DNA from: Candidatus Saccharimonadota bacterium | Lineage (GTDB): Bacteria; Patescibacteriota; Saccharimonadia; Saccharimonadales; Saccharimonadaceae | NCBI GenBank assembly: GCA_000503915.1 | Contig: CP006915.1 | Coordinates: 780,001-812,000 of the forward strand | DNA: 32,000 bases | Direction of reading: 5' to 3' | Shown: positions 16,408 through 25,130 of the stretch, piece by piece | How the letters are laid out: each line of letters starts with the position of its first letter | Numbering within the stretch: the first letter of the stretch is position 1 | Program-made: the position numbers and the translations under genes | The notes under the pieces: model-generated | Told to the model about the DNA's origin: nothing | The model's input: only the letters and a program-made list of their open reading frames with translations | Databases searched by the model: none

Positions 16408-16857
16408 TTATACTACCCAGAGCTGTATCCCTAACAAAATGGCACCCGCAACAACAGCTATCAATATTGCACCCCACCATGTTTCGTGCCAGCTCTTCTG
16501 AGGGTCTGCCGTAATTTTTGTAGACAACTTGTGATTGCTTCTTGTGTTAGCGCGAGCTTGAGACGAACTTACTTGAGCAACTTGAAATGCACCCGGAGAG
16601 TTAATCATAGTTTGATTCGTTGTTTTAGAATGAAAGCCCCTCACGGATTCCTGCTCTGATGGTGTTAATTTTTGAAATCCGCGTTGATCACTCTTACCCA
16701 TCTGCTTTGCGATTATATGTAAAGCAGCAGCAGCGGAAATACTTTTCTTACGTGCAAGCCTATTAACTTTTTCGTCAAATGAGGCGGGACGAGTAATCTT
16801 GAGCTCACGAATAAGCTTATTCCTAAGGGCTGACTGTTCCTGCTTCCAGTTTGTCAT
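16408..16857 (-). CDS. tail-anchored protein, unknown function (last gene of the mini-HTH operon)
   Basis: 149 aa: soluble N-terminal domain, S/T/Q-rich linker, single C-terminal TM WWGAILIAVVAGAILLGIQLWVV. Confidence 0.55.
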   Translation of the reverse strand: MTNWKQEQSALRNKLIRELKITRPASFDEKVNRLARKKSISAAAALHIIAKQMGKSDQRGFQKLTPSEQESVRGFHSKTTNQTMINSPGAFQVAQVSSSQARANTRSNHKLSTKITADPQKSWHETWWGAILIAVVAGAILLGIQLWVV

Positions 16858-16866
16858 AGCTCATTT

Positions 16867-17025
16867 CTACTTTTTGTTACGAGGTACTCTGCGACTGATA
16901 ATGGCTGCGTCTACACCAAGTACTTTAGCAATCTCAGCAGACTTGACGCCCTGTTGCTGAAGCTGTAGCACCAACAGCCATTTGACGTCGTCAAGAATTT
17001 TTAGCATCTTATGGCTCTCGTTCAT
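16867..17025 (-). CDS. mini-HTH protein paralog 3 (52 aa)
   Basis: Below the track cutoff. MNESHKMLKILDDVKWLLVLQLQQQGVKSAEIAKVLGVDAAIISRRVPRNKK. Its ATG overlaps the upstream stop as ATGA (17025-17022). Confidence 0.5.
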   Translation of the reverse strand: MNESHKMLKILDDVKWLLVLQLQQQGVKSAEIAKVLGVDAAIISRRVPRNKK

Positions 17026-17237
17026 TTCTGGGTCCCTTTCTTCATTCGACTACGTGCCATGCGCACGGCTGGTTCCGTCATACCTGCAACGGTGGCAATT
17101 TCAGCGTTCGACAAATCAAACTTATCGAGAAGCTCGATTTTCTCTGCATTGCTCTTTTGCTCAGAGAGACTCTCCAGAAGCAGTGCTGCTAGAAGATCAA
17201 GTTTTTTTGAAATTGTAGTTAACAGTTTTTCGTTCAT
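17022..17237 (-). CDS. mini-HTH protein paralog 2 (71 aa)
   Basis: MNEKLLTTISKKLDLLAALLL...LLDKFDLSNAEIATVAGMTEPAVRMARSRMKK. Its ATG overlaps the upstream stop as ATGA. Confidence 0.55.
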   Translation of the reverse strand: MNEKLLTTISKKLDLLAALLLESLSEQKSNAEKIELLDKFDLSNAEIATVAGMTEPAVRMARSRMKKGTQK

Positions 17238-17461
17238 CTCTTACCTTTCCGCTGAACTGCTAATTCCTTGCTTACATGGTTTGGCGTTTTATTAAGAATA
17301 CTGGCAATCTCCGATGGCTTAAGGCCAAAACTGTCAAGCATTACTATTTGGTCTCGCAGTAAGACTTTTGAGCCCGGCTCAATAGGATTAGCAAGTAAGG
17401 CAATCATTACACTCAGCTTGCGACTAACTTCTTCAAGTAGCTGTATCCCTCTCTCGTTCAT
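17234..17461 (-). CDS. mini-HTH protein paralog 1 (75 aa)
   Basis: Trimmed to MNERGIQLLEEVSRKLSVMIALL...MLDSFGLKPSEIASILNKTPNHVSKELAVQRK. The track start 17476 lies inside the -10 box. Confidence 0.55.
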   Translation of the reverse strand: MNERGIQLLEEVSRKLSVMIALLANPIEPGSKVLLRDQIVMLDSFGLKPSEIASILNKTPNHVSKELAVQRKGKR

Positions 17462-17467
17462 ACTTAC

Positions 17468-17495
17468 ATTATACACATTAGTAATGCTTATTCAA
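17468..17495 (-). promoter_or_regulatory. promoter of the mini-HTH operon, leaderless geometry
   Basis: Minus strand TTGAAT (17495-17490), 16 nt, TATAAT (17473-17468), then 6 nt to ATG 17461. TAGTAAT motifs at 17479-17485, 17497-17503 and 17565-17571. Confidence 0.6.
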
Positions 17496-17694
17496 ATAGT
17501 AATCTTACTATATCCAAGTAGCATCAATTGTTTGTATCTTAGTTATTGATATGGCAGATTATTTTAGTAATATAATATCGCAGATATATGAGGAGAGGGC
17601 ATCCCAGCCAAATACCTAACATTTGCCTTAACAACATTTTCTGCCCTACACTTAGCTTCACACCGAGTGATAACAGTGCCAGAATGCGCCGCAA

Positions 17695-17727
17695 ATAAAA
17701 ACACCTGCACTTTTCGTACAGGTGTTT
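17695..17727 (-). terminator. intrinsic terminator after the DUF378 gene
   Basis: AACACCTG/CAGGTGTT stem. On the minus strand it is followed by TTTTT. Confidence 0.7.
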
Positions 17728-17748
17728 AGTGAAAGTAACTAGGAAGTA

Positions 17749-17958
17749 CTAAGCTCCTTCCTTCTTTGACATGCCCATGACCCAGTCGATGAGTACCCAG
17801 AGTGCTGCAAGGCCGACGACGGCATAGACGACGCGGGCACCGACCGAGTCAGCGCCAAATAGGCTGTCGACGAGGTTGTAGTCGAAGAATCCGACGAGGC
17901 CCCAGTTTAAACCTCCGATGATTACGAGTAATAATGCGACGGTGTATACAGCTTTCAT
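17749..17958 (-). CDS. DUF378-domain small membrane protein
   Basis: IGGLNWGLVGFFDYNLVDSLFG...VYAVVGLAAL matches DUF378. GGGAGGA SD and TGCTATACT promoter upstream. Confidence 0.75.
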   Translation of the reverse strand: MKAVYTVALLLVIIGGLNWGLVGFFDYNLVDSLFGADSVGARVVYAVVGLAALWVLIDWVMGMSKKEGA

Positions 17959-18095
17959 AAGCTATCCTCCCATTAATATGTACCTTCAGTATAGCACCAA
18001 TTTTAAGTTACCATAGAGGTGGGGTAAAAGTTAAACCCCGAGAAATAGAAACGATTGCATAATAACTAAAAACTCGAGTCTCAACAGCCCAATCG

Positions 18096-18842
18096 CTAGT
18101 CTAAAACGCTTTCAGTCACAGGCTCCGGATTGCTTTTCCTGATAGCTTTTCGCTTCGTGCGAAGCCGTGGCTTCGGAAATTCAACTTCCTTAACAATGAT
18201 CTGGCGTAATGATTCCGCAACGTCTTCAATTTGAAAATATATTCCAGTTTGCTCTTTCAAATCATTACGCAAACGCTTAACAATTTCTTCTGAGTAAAGG
18301 ATTTTTGAGAGATTCTCAGGATTTAAGGCATTCGTTCTTTTCCAAAACGTTTCAAGTTCATTTTTCTCGACAGCTTTTTTAGTGAGATTCCAGAGAAGCT
18401 CCGGCGCTTTCTTTAAATCATCAGAATCGGTTAGATTGATTTTAAAAATGAGAGTTGTCGAAATCGGTTTGCCAAAATTCACCCTATAAAGCTGAACTTC
18501 CCTTCCGTTCATGAGCAAAATCCAGTCGATGCCTTCGTTGGCTGCGTACGACAAACTCTGCCGCAGATGCTTTTCATTTATATCGAGATCTATCGATTTC
18601 ACTTCAATCACAAAATGCTTTTTACGCTTCAGCTGAATAACGTAATCAGCGTACTCTGACTTAATTCGATACTCTGTTTTTATCTCCTCGAGCTCTTGGT
18701 AACCAAGTATCTCAGTAAGAAAGCTATTGGTCATGATCCTCGTGTCGGCTTCATTGCGATTTGAAAAGCCTTTTCGCAAATATTTTCGCTTATACTCTTT
18801 TAAGCCTTCTCGAAGTGTCTTCAATTGATTATCTGTTGCCAT
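18096..18842 (-). CDS. HsdR-N-terminal-like (PD-(D/E)xK) nuclease-domain protein, solitary
   Basis: NEADTRIMTNSFLTEILGY, ADYVIQL, VIEVKS, QSLSYA, ILLMNGREVQLY reproduce the type I restriction enzyme R-subunit N-terminal domain pattern. No helicase, HsdM or HsdS nearby. AT-rich. Confidence 0.6.
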   Translation of the reverse strand: MATDNQLKTLREGLKEYKRKYLRKGFSNRNEADTRIMTNSFLTEILGYQELEEIKTEYRIKSEYADYVIQLKRKKHFVIEVKSIDLDINEKHLRQSLSYAANEGIDWILLMNGREVQLYRVNFGKPISTTLIFKINLTDSDDLKKAPELLWNLTKKAVEKNELETFWKRTNALNPENLSKILYSEEIVKRLRNDLKEQTGIYFQIEDVAESLRQIIVKEVEFPKPRLRTKRKAIRKSNPEPVTESVLD

Positions 18843-18907
18843 ACTATTCCTTTGCCTTATATCTGTCCCAATAATACACCGTTAAAGATATGTTTGGAGA
18901 TTCTACC

Positions 18908-19411
18908 CTATATGGCATCGAGCTCAAACTGCCGAGCGATAGCAGCGCCGAGGAGTGCATAGCTGGTGAGCGCTCCGTAAAAGCGGCGCGATGCCAGATT
19001 GACGACTTCAACGGCGCGTGGCGTGTCTTCACGAAAGGAATCGAGTGCGAAATCGAGATAGTGTTGCAGCTTGAACTCTTTCAGCTGCGAAACTAAAGCA
19101 ACAGCATTTGCATTGACCGTAAACTCATCTTCACTTATCTCTGCACCCACTAGCATAGCCATGGCTTCGAAACTTGCCACACCATGATCGATCGCTTCAA
19201 TATGTAAATCATTTTCATAAATTCTACCCGAGCCACGGACCGCTGCCGGATGGCCAACCCGAAATGCCCAAGAGAATCTTTCGCCCTGGAGATGGCCTTG
19301 ATGTACGACGTCGGGATTCGCCAGCATCAGCTCAAGCAAATCAGCATTGGTATCACTCAAATCTTCATGCGGAAAGCGCGGCTGCAACTCCAAACCGGTG
19401 ATAATACTCAT
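18908..19411 (-). CDS. hypothetical protein
   Basis: 167-aa ORF with no recognised motif. Confidence 0.5.
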   Translation of the reverse strand: MSIITGLELQPRFPHEDLSDTNADLLELMLANPDVVHQGHLQGERFSWAFRVGHPAAVRGSGRIYENDLHIEAIDHGVASFEAMAMLVGAEISEDEFTVNANAVALVSQLKEFKLQHYLDFALDSFREDTPRAVEVVNLASRRFYGALTSYALLGAAIARQFELDAI

Positions 19412-19535
19412 AACAAACTTATACTACCGTATGGTCGATCTGTAAAGTAACCGCCTGCATGGTTCGCCCGAGTCAAAGCCTATCGGTGAGCCGAGCAACA
19501 AGACAGGTACCCGGGGTAAGAGGTATACTAAGACC

Positions 19536-20096
19536 ATGAAGAACACGACAATATCACTCAGCTTCACAACGACACTCTATACCCTGAAAGATTGGCTAAT
19601 CCTGCCGGTTCCGAAAGACGACAGCGTCAAGCTGCCCTCGCGCGGACAGGTCAGCGTGACTGGTCGGGTAAACGGTCAGGCATTCACCACCGTACTCGAG
19701 CCAGACGGACGTTGGAGCCACTGGATGCGTGTAAGTGACGACCTACAGAAAGCTACGGGAGTGAAGTCGGGCGACATGGTGACGGTCGAACTGACGATAA
19801 ATAAAGACTGGCCGGAGCCAACACTGCCAAAGGATTTTGCCGACGCACTAAAAGTTGCACCTCAGAAAGTCAAAGACAAGTGGAAAGACATAACGCCAAT
19901 GGCGCGCTGGGAATGGATTCGTTGGATGAATGCGACGTTGAGCCAGGAAACTCGCGCCGTGCGCATAGAAAAGACTGTTTCGAAGCTAAATGGCAAACAT
20001 CGTCGCCCCTGCTGCTTCAATTTGGCCGCTTGTACCGAGCCCTACCTGATGAAAAATGGCCAGCTACTAGAGCAAGCCGGAGCGATCACGTCGTAG
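19536..20096 (+). CDS. DUF1905 / YdeI-like (OmpD-associated) two-domain protein
   Basis: N-terminal LPSRGQVSVTGRVNGQAFTTVLEPDGRWSHWMRV...GDMVTVEL (DUF1905 pattern). C-terminal ITPMARWEWIRWMNATLSQETRAVRIEKTVSKL (YdeI pattern). TATACT ends 6 nt before the ATG. Confidence 0.7.
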   Translation: MKNTTISLSFTTTLYTLKDWLILPVPKDDSVKLPSRGQVSVTGRVNGQAFTTVLEPDGRWSHWMRVSDDLQKATGVKSGDMVTVELTINKDWPEPTLPKDFADALKVAPQKVKDKWKDITPMARWEWIRWMNATLSQETRAVRIEKTVSKLNGKHRRPCCFNLAACTEPYLMKNGQLLEQAGAITS

Positions 20097-20109
20097 TAGC
20101 TTACGAGCA

Positions 20110-20508
20110 CTATGAAAGATCGAGTGTCTCCGCCTCGATGAGTGAGCTGCCAAGAAGCTCGCTTTCGTAGGACATAAAATAGCCGGTGCGTATACGAATA
20201 TCCGTTGGTGGAATACCGAGGTGGTTGTACGGTCGCCAGAAATTATCCAGCGTCATAAAACTCTTTTGCGGCTGTCCGACCGGTCTCAGATCCTGGTCGG
20301 TAAATAGAAGCGTAAAACTGGTGCTGCCGAGCGAGCGCCGCAAGTTGTTGATGAGAACCGGCGCAAGGTACGCATCGGGCGGATCGTTTCCCTCACATCG
20401 CAACATGAGGTTTGCCAGGCGTAGCTCCTCGAGCTCCTCAGCATTTAGACGTGATGGTAGGCGCGCTTCGTAGTCGTGGAGGCTGCGTTCGATCGAGTAC
20501 CATGTCAT
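20110..20508 (-). CDS. hypothetical protein
   Basis: Trimmed to MTWYSIERSLHDYE...; TATAAT just upstream. No recognised motif. Confidence 0.45.
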   Translation of the reverse strand: MTWYSIERSLHDYEARLPSRLNAEELEELRLANLMLRCEGNDPPDAYLAPVLINNLRRSLGSTSFTLLFTDQDLRPVGQPQKSFMTLDNFWRPYNHLGIPPTDIRIRTGYFMSYESELLGSSLIEAETLDLS

Positions 20509-20570
20509 AAGTATTATAATAAAAGAATTTGGCGATAACCGCAACTACAGACACGTCGGCGGTCACGTTT

Positions 20571-21182
20571 TTAACGCACGTATTTCTCACCTTGACGAGC
20601 GGCCTGCCATACAATATTGGAAGCGAAGGTAAATCCTACCAGAAAGTCGAGCTCACGCTCCAGGGCGTTTTCGCGTCCTTCAAACATACGCTCTGCCAAG
20701 GCGGTCGCCACTGCCTGATACCGTGCATCCTGTTCTGCTAAAAACTCAGCCCAGTTGTCGGTTTCGCCACCCGCCCAGTCGTCCAGCCGCTCCTTGATGC
20801 TCTGTTCTATGGCATCTTTCTCGGGATTCCAATCGAGGCCAGCCAGGAAGTTATTGTTCAGAATTACCCGTTTAGTACCGGGTGGCGCTGGTGCAACATT
20901 GACATGGGTTGCCATAAGTGCGCCGCTAAAAAATTCTTCATTAAAACCACTCCTCACCGCCACTCCGTCGGGGGGAGCCGGCCGCAGGTCGGCGGCATAG
21001 ACCGCGTACTGCTCTAAAGACTTAAAGCAAGCTGTCCATTGGTACATGCTCTTTAAAACCTCCACGCTCTCTTGAAATTCGTACGGCGTGTCGTATATTC
21101 GCAGCTCTTCTTCAGCCTGCTCGATCGGGTCGCGCGGAAACGCGTAGTGTTCGGAGGGATGGTATGGGTATTGCTCTGCCAT
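20571..21182 (-). CDS. hypothetical protein
   Basis: 203-aa ORF with AAGGA SD. No recognised motif. Confidence 0.5.
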   Translation of the reverse strand: MAEQYPYHPSEHYAFPRDPIEQAEEELRIYDTPYEFQESVEVLKSMYQWTACFKSLEQYAVYAADLRPAPPDGVAVRSGFNEEFFSGALMATHVNVAPAPPGTKRVILNNNFLAGLDWNPEKDAIEQSIKERLDDWAGGETDNWAEFLAEQDARYQAVATALAERMFEGRENALERELDFLVGFTFASNIVWQAARQGEKYVR

Positions 21183-21236
21183 AGATACGTATCCTTACTG
21201 CTACTGTGCAGTCTACATCCGGCCTTGTCAAGAAGA

Positions 21237-21755
21237 TTAACGGTGGAACCGGTCGAGCGCTCGGGCAGCGAAGCGCTTTAGCTGCATATGAAACCTCGGG
21301 TCTCGAATCCCGCCTTCCGTCATAATGCCAGTAAACGCCGTATTTTCTTCAGGAGTGAGGCTGGCCGAAGCAATGTCAAGATAGCCGAGCATCGTAACGA
21401 TATCTTCGTCGGAGCAGCGGCTCCGCACCGCTCTGTCATCTACCGTAACAGCTTTGGATATCTGCGGAAAAAATGAATCGTAGTCGTACGCATCTCTGAC
21501 TGTAGGCTTCGACTTTTCAAGAACCCGTAATTTATAGCGAAAACTTACTTCACCAGTGTCGTATCGCTCACTACGCGCAGTCAGCGAAAACCTACGGTCA
21601 CTAAAAGGATCACTCCACCATGCTCCACAGTGTCCAACATCGTGACTTCTACCGAGCTCGTCAAGAACCGATGCAGTCTTTACTCGCAGCTGGTCACGCA
21701 AGTTGAGCGTCTCGGTACCGGGCATGAATGAATCGGGGGGATGATCAATTGACAT
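21237..21755 (-). CDS. hypothetical protein
   Basis: 172-aa ORF. Promoter TTGATT-16-TATAAT (TATAAT at 21767-21772, minus) lies upstream. Confidence 0.5.
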   Translation of the reverse strand: MSIDHPPDSFMPGTETLNLRDQLRVKTASVLDELGRSHDVGHCGAWWSDPFSDRRFSLTARSERYDTGEVSFRYKLRVLEKSKPTVRDAYDYDSFFPQISKAVTVDDRAVRSRCSDEDIVTMLGYLDIASASLTPEENTAFTGIMTEGGIRDPRFHMQLKRFAARALDRFHR

Positions 21756-21883
21756 ATTTGAAATTCATTATACCGCTAACAATGAAAAAATCAAGTGACA
21801 CTGGATGTAACCTACCGAAAGCTGCGACCTATATCGCACCGCCACTACATATGGCGGTAGAGGCACTCTAGGATACTAAAATT

Positions 21884-21912
21884 AAAAAGCTCCCGCGGGA
21901 AGGGAGCTTTTT
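21884..21912. terminator. bidirectional intrinsic terminator
   Basis: AAAAAGCTCCC-gcgggaa-GGGAGCTTTTT perfect 11-bp stem including the A and T runs. Confidence 0.7.
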
Positions 21913-21930
21913 ATAGTAAAAGATTGTGGA

Positions 21931-22494
21931 CTAGGCTTCGCCGGTACGCGTGTCCATCGCCAGTGCCACCATCAGTGGCCCAAACAATAACGCGTACAAG
22001 CCGACAATCCAGACAAATGCGACACCAGCCGACTCGGGCTGCGTGAGCAACCAGACACCGGCAACGACACCGAGTGCCCCGGCAACCATTGCCAAAGTCT
22101 GACCGGTTGAGTTACGGGCTGCGCCAAACAAGCCGGTGACTACATCTACCGCACCACGTACGATAAGCGTAAATCCTACCAGCAAAATAAGCGTAGCGAA
22201 CGATACGAGCGGATGACGCACCAGATAGACTCCCACGCCGACGGCGAAAAAGCCAAAGAGGAGTGACAACCACCACATCATATTTGCACGGGTCATATCG
22301 ACAAAACCATGTACAATCGCGATAACTCCCCACGCCAACACGAACGCACTAAACAAATAGACGAACGTGGTGAGGGTCAGCCCTGGCCAAAACAGCGCTG
22401 CCAAGCCGAATAGCATAGTGACGACTCCCGCGACGGCACCAAGCCACCAGAGGTCTGTAGTACCTCCTGTTACTCTCCTTGCTCTATCCGCCAT
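21931..22494 (-). CDS. HdeD/DUF308-family membrane protein
   Basis: 187 aa of repeated TM pairs with WW and G-rich spacing (LWWLGAVAGVVTMLFGLAALFWPG) typical of DUF308. Confidence 0.65.
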   Translation of the reverse strand: MADRARRVTGGTTDLWWLGAVAGVVTMLFGLAALFWPGLTLTTFVYLFSAFVLAWGVIAIVHGFVDMTRANMMWWLSLLFGFFAVGVGVYLVRHPLVSFATLILLVGFTLIVRGAVDVVTGLFGAARNSTGQTLAMVAGALGVVAGVWLLTQPESAGVAFVWIVGLYALLFGPLMVALAMDTRTGEA

Positions 22495-22531
22495 ACTTCC
22501 TCCTTTTATTAACGGATTATTTTCCTCACTA

Positions 22532-22729
22532 TCACATAGAGTGCCGAGATGCCCGCCTCCTTACGCCATCTCTCCTATTAGAAACACCCCACCGATAATA
22601 AGGAACCAAACATAAAAAATACTCGCGCGTTGGCGAGTAGGCTTCTAGGGCTTGACGAGCAAGGAGCGCGACCGCGACATAAAGAAGAGGGTGTATCAGT
22701 AGGCCGTCGGTGCTATGAAGTATAGTCAT
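22532..22729 (-). CDS. possible small protein (65 aa)
   Basis: AAGGAG SD 5 nt before ATG 22729. One hydrophobic segment. Otherwise weak. Confidence 0.3.
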   Translation of the reverse strand: MTILHSTDGLLIHPLLYVAVALLARQALEAYSPTREYFLCLVPYYRWGVSNRRDGVRRRASRHSM

Positions 22730-22787
22730 CCTCACTCCTTCTTCGTCTCTACTTCTATCATACACCCGCTGTCAAGAAATATTCTGT

Positions 22788-23105
22788 CTACACCTCCACG
22801 GCTTTTTTTAGGGCGTCTACCAACGGATCATTGGTGTTTATGAGATAGTAAACGTTTTTACCCTTTTTTGTGCGCAGTACCAGCTCTGCTTGCGATAAAA
22901 CTTTTAAGTGTTGCGATGCGAGCGACTCGGAAATACCGACCGCACTCGCCATCTGGCCGACGGTAACATTAGTTTCCTTTAGGAGTGCCCGGAAAATCAG
23001 GCAGCGGTTCGGCTCCCCCAATGCATCAAAGGCCGTCGCCATCCGGCTGACATTGATTCCCTGGATATAATTCTCGAGGTTTTTATGCTCTCTTGGGGTT
23101 AACAT
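22788..23105 (-). CDS. ArsR/SmtB-family transcriptional regulator
   Basis: ALGEPNRCLIFRALLKETNVTVGQMASAVGISESLASQHLKVLSQAELVLRTKKGKNVYY is a winged HTH of ArsR type. The start overlaps the upstream stop (TAATG). Confidence 0.8.
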   Translation of the reverse strand: MLTPREHKNLENYIQGINVSRMATAFDALGEPNRCLIFRALLKETNVTVGQMASAVGISESLASQHLKVLSQAELVLRTKKGKNVYYLINTNDPLVDALKKAVEV

Positions 23106-23791
23106 TATGGCGCCTCGTAGCCGGGGAAGTAGTCGAATTTGGCATGTACCTCGTCAACCCCCATCTGTTTCAACGTCGCTTCAAAAGCTTCGACCATCGG
23201 CTCCGGACCAGATACATAGTAGATCGGGTCATTCAGCTCGGCAGCCGCAGCCTTGAGCGCTGCTTCATCGATATGCTTGTCACCTTCAAAATAGGTAATA
23301 GTGAAGCCTGGGTGAGCCTGACTGATCGCTTCCAGCTCATCCTTAAAGGCGATCGATGCCTCGTCACGGTTAGCGTAGAGTAGTGCTATACGCACCTCCT
23401 TGCCGTCGTGATGTAATTTGTTCAAGATCGAGCGAAATGGCGTGATCCCTATGCCGCCCGCGACGAAAATATACTCTCTCGTGAGGTCATCGAGGGTAAA
23501 ATCACCCTCTGGAGCATCGGTCTCAATCGTTTCACCCGGTTTTAGACTCTGCAAACGTTGCTTAAACGTACTGCCCGGGTCGTTGATTCTGGTCGTTATC
23601 CAGATATCGCCTTCAAACGGCGCACTGGAAATCGTAAACCAGCGCTCATCACCTCGATCGTCCGCGTTGTCGTGTGGCAATGTATAGTGTACGTACTGAC
23701 CTGGCTGCCAAGAGGTCGGCTCAACCGGCGTGAAGACGAAGCGCGTGACGTTACCTTGTTTTTCTACTTTTTCCTTGAATATAAGTTTCAT
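23105..23791 (-). CDS. FNR-family FAD/NAD(P)-binding oxidoreductase
   Basis: RWFTISS (RxYS-type FAD motif), IFVAGGIGITPF (NAD(P) motif), YVSGPEPM. Confidence 0.75.
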   Translation of the reverse strand: MKLIFKEKVEKQGNVTRFVFTPVEPTSWQPGQYVHYTLPHDNADDRGDERWFTISSAPFEGDIWITTRINDPGSTFKQRLQSLKPGETIETDAPEGDFTLDDLTREYIFVAGGIGITPFRSILNKLHHDGKEVRIALLYANRDEASIAFKDELEAISQAHPGFTITYFEGDKHIDEAALKAAAAELNDPIYYVSGPEPMVEAFEATLKQMGVDEVHAKFDYFPGYEAP

Positions 23792-23935
23792 ACTTTATCA
23801 CCTGTTTAATTATGTAACTATTGTACCGTTTTTTCGCAAAGAGGTCAACCGCTGATGAATAGGTGTGATCTAGATCATAGGTAAAATACCCCTTGAGGTG
23901 CATACTATAATGACTAGTATACGAGGAGGTAGTCT

Positions 23936-24412
23936 ATGAGAATCACGGAACCAATCCGCACTGAGCATAAAGAGTTGATCCCAGAAATCGATAAGCTGAA
24001 GCAAACTGCCGAAGCTATTGGCCGCGTACCTTCAGAGCAACTGGCAGCGCAAATCGACGAGCGTCTCAATTTCTTGCATCACCACCTTCTCCCCCACGCT
24101 CGCCAGGAAGAAGAAATACTCTATCCGGCCGTTGCTCGTGCTATGGGTTCGAGTGACGCCACTCGGACAATGAGTCGCGACCACCAAGCAGTCAAGCAGC
24201 TGACTCAGCGTTTACAGGAACTGCGAAACAATTTTGACGACAACCAAGCCCGTGAAGTACTGTACGGACTTTATACGTTGGTCAGCGTACACTTCGCGAA
24301 AGAGGAAGAGATTTACCTAACACTGCTCGACGAGCGCCTTAGTGAGTCGGAAGCTGCAGAACTGTTCCACCAGCTAGAGCATGCTGGACATCACAGCGGG
24401 CATACACACTAA
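23936..24412 (+). CDS. hemerythrin-like (HHE cation-binding) domain protein
   Basis: EHKEL...HHHLLPHARQEEEILYP...DH...VHFAKEEEIYL spacing of His/Glu ligands. SD GAGGAGG and TATAAT promoter. Confidence 0.75.
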   Translation: MRITEPIRTEHKELIPEIDKLKQTAEAIGRVPSEQLAAQIDERLNFLHHHLLPHARQEEEILYPAVARAMGSSDATRTMSRDHQAVKQLTQRLQELRNNFDDNQAREVLYGLYTLVSVHFAKEEEIYLTLLDERLSESEAAELFHQLEHAGHHSGHTH

Positions 24413-24452
24413 TTCTCACCAGTGGCAGAGGTATAATTACTGCCATCATTCT

Positions 24453-24507
24453 TAATGCGGGCGGGATTCGAAAACTCATTTCCTGGCTGAGGTGAGGGGA
24501 TGCGAAC
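24453..24507 (-). other. two adjacent tRNA-3'-end-like fragments (not intact tRNAs)
   Basis: Minus strand TTCGAATCCCGCCCGCATTA (24472-24453) and GTTCGCATCCCCTCACCTCAGCCA (24507-24484). Each has a T-loop plus 3' acceptor-like layout but no matching 5' half. Confidence 0.4.
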
Positions 24508-24528
24508 TGTCGAATATTTATTTAAAAC

Positions 24529-25074
24529 CTACGAAGATAGCATATGATTTCTGACGATCTTTTCAACTAATTTATATACATCTCGTGGCGATCCATTTGC
24601 ATCCACTCGAATCAAATCAGGCCTTTGTAGCGCTTCAATAAAATCATACTTAAACATTACATCTTCAAGTTTATCACCGCCAAGATTCAAGTGCTTTTTA
24701 TTTGTACGACCACGATTTTCGATGCGCATACGATGTGTCTCAAGTGATGCCTGTAGGATGACCGGCAAGATTGAAACTTCTGGCATATCTCGCTTAAGTG
24801 AATCGAGGCTATCCCATACTTTTGCTGTCGACATGTGCGTATCTATGATAATAGTGATGCCATTAGCAAGTTGCTTCCTTGCTAAATGCCACATAACCTC
24901 ATAAGCAAGCGGTGATACTTCGTGGAAGTCTTTATTTAAAGCTCTGCGTAGAGCATCATTAATAACGTCGGAACTGAGTACGGGGTAATTACACTCCATA
25001 GATAGTTTATTCGCGATTGTTGTCTTGCCCGCTCCAGCAAAGCCACCAATTATAATAAGATTCGCTGTCTTCAT
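24529..25074 (-). CDS. P-loop kinase / AAA_33-like ATPase
   Basis: Trimmed to MKTANLIIIGGFAGAGKTT (Walker A), then IIIDTH (Walker B-like). AT-rich. The track's 44-codon N-terminal extension runs through the tRNA-like fragment. Confidence 0.7.
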   Translation of the reverse strand: MKTANLIIIGGFAGAGKTTIANKLSMECNYPVLSSDVINDALRRALNKDFHEVSPLAYEVMWHLARKQLANGITIIIDTHMSTAKVWDSLDSLKRDMPEVSILPVILQASLETHRMRIENRGRTNKKHLNLGGDKLEDVMFKYDFIEALQRPDLIRVDANGSPRDVYKLVEKIVRNHMLSS

Positions 25075-25130
25075 ATAAACATTGTAGCAAAACAAAAAAC
25101 TCGCCTGGGAGGTCTTCTTACAACTCTTAA

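Noticed and set aside
17551-17660. Very small ORFs upstream of the mini-HTH operon (22 aa on +, hydrophobic 32 aa on -) as possible type I toxin
   Set aside because: They have no SD or promoter geometry, and are too short to support from sequence alone.
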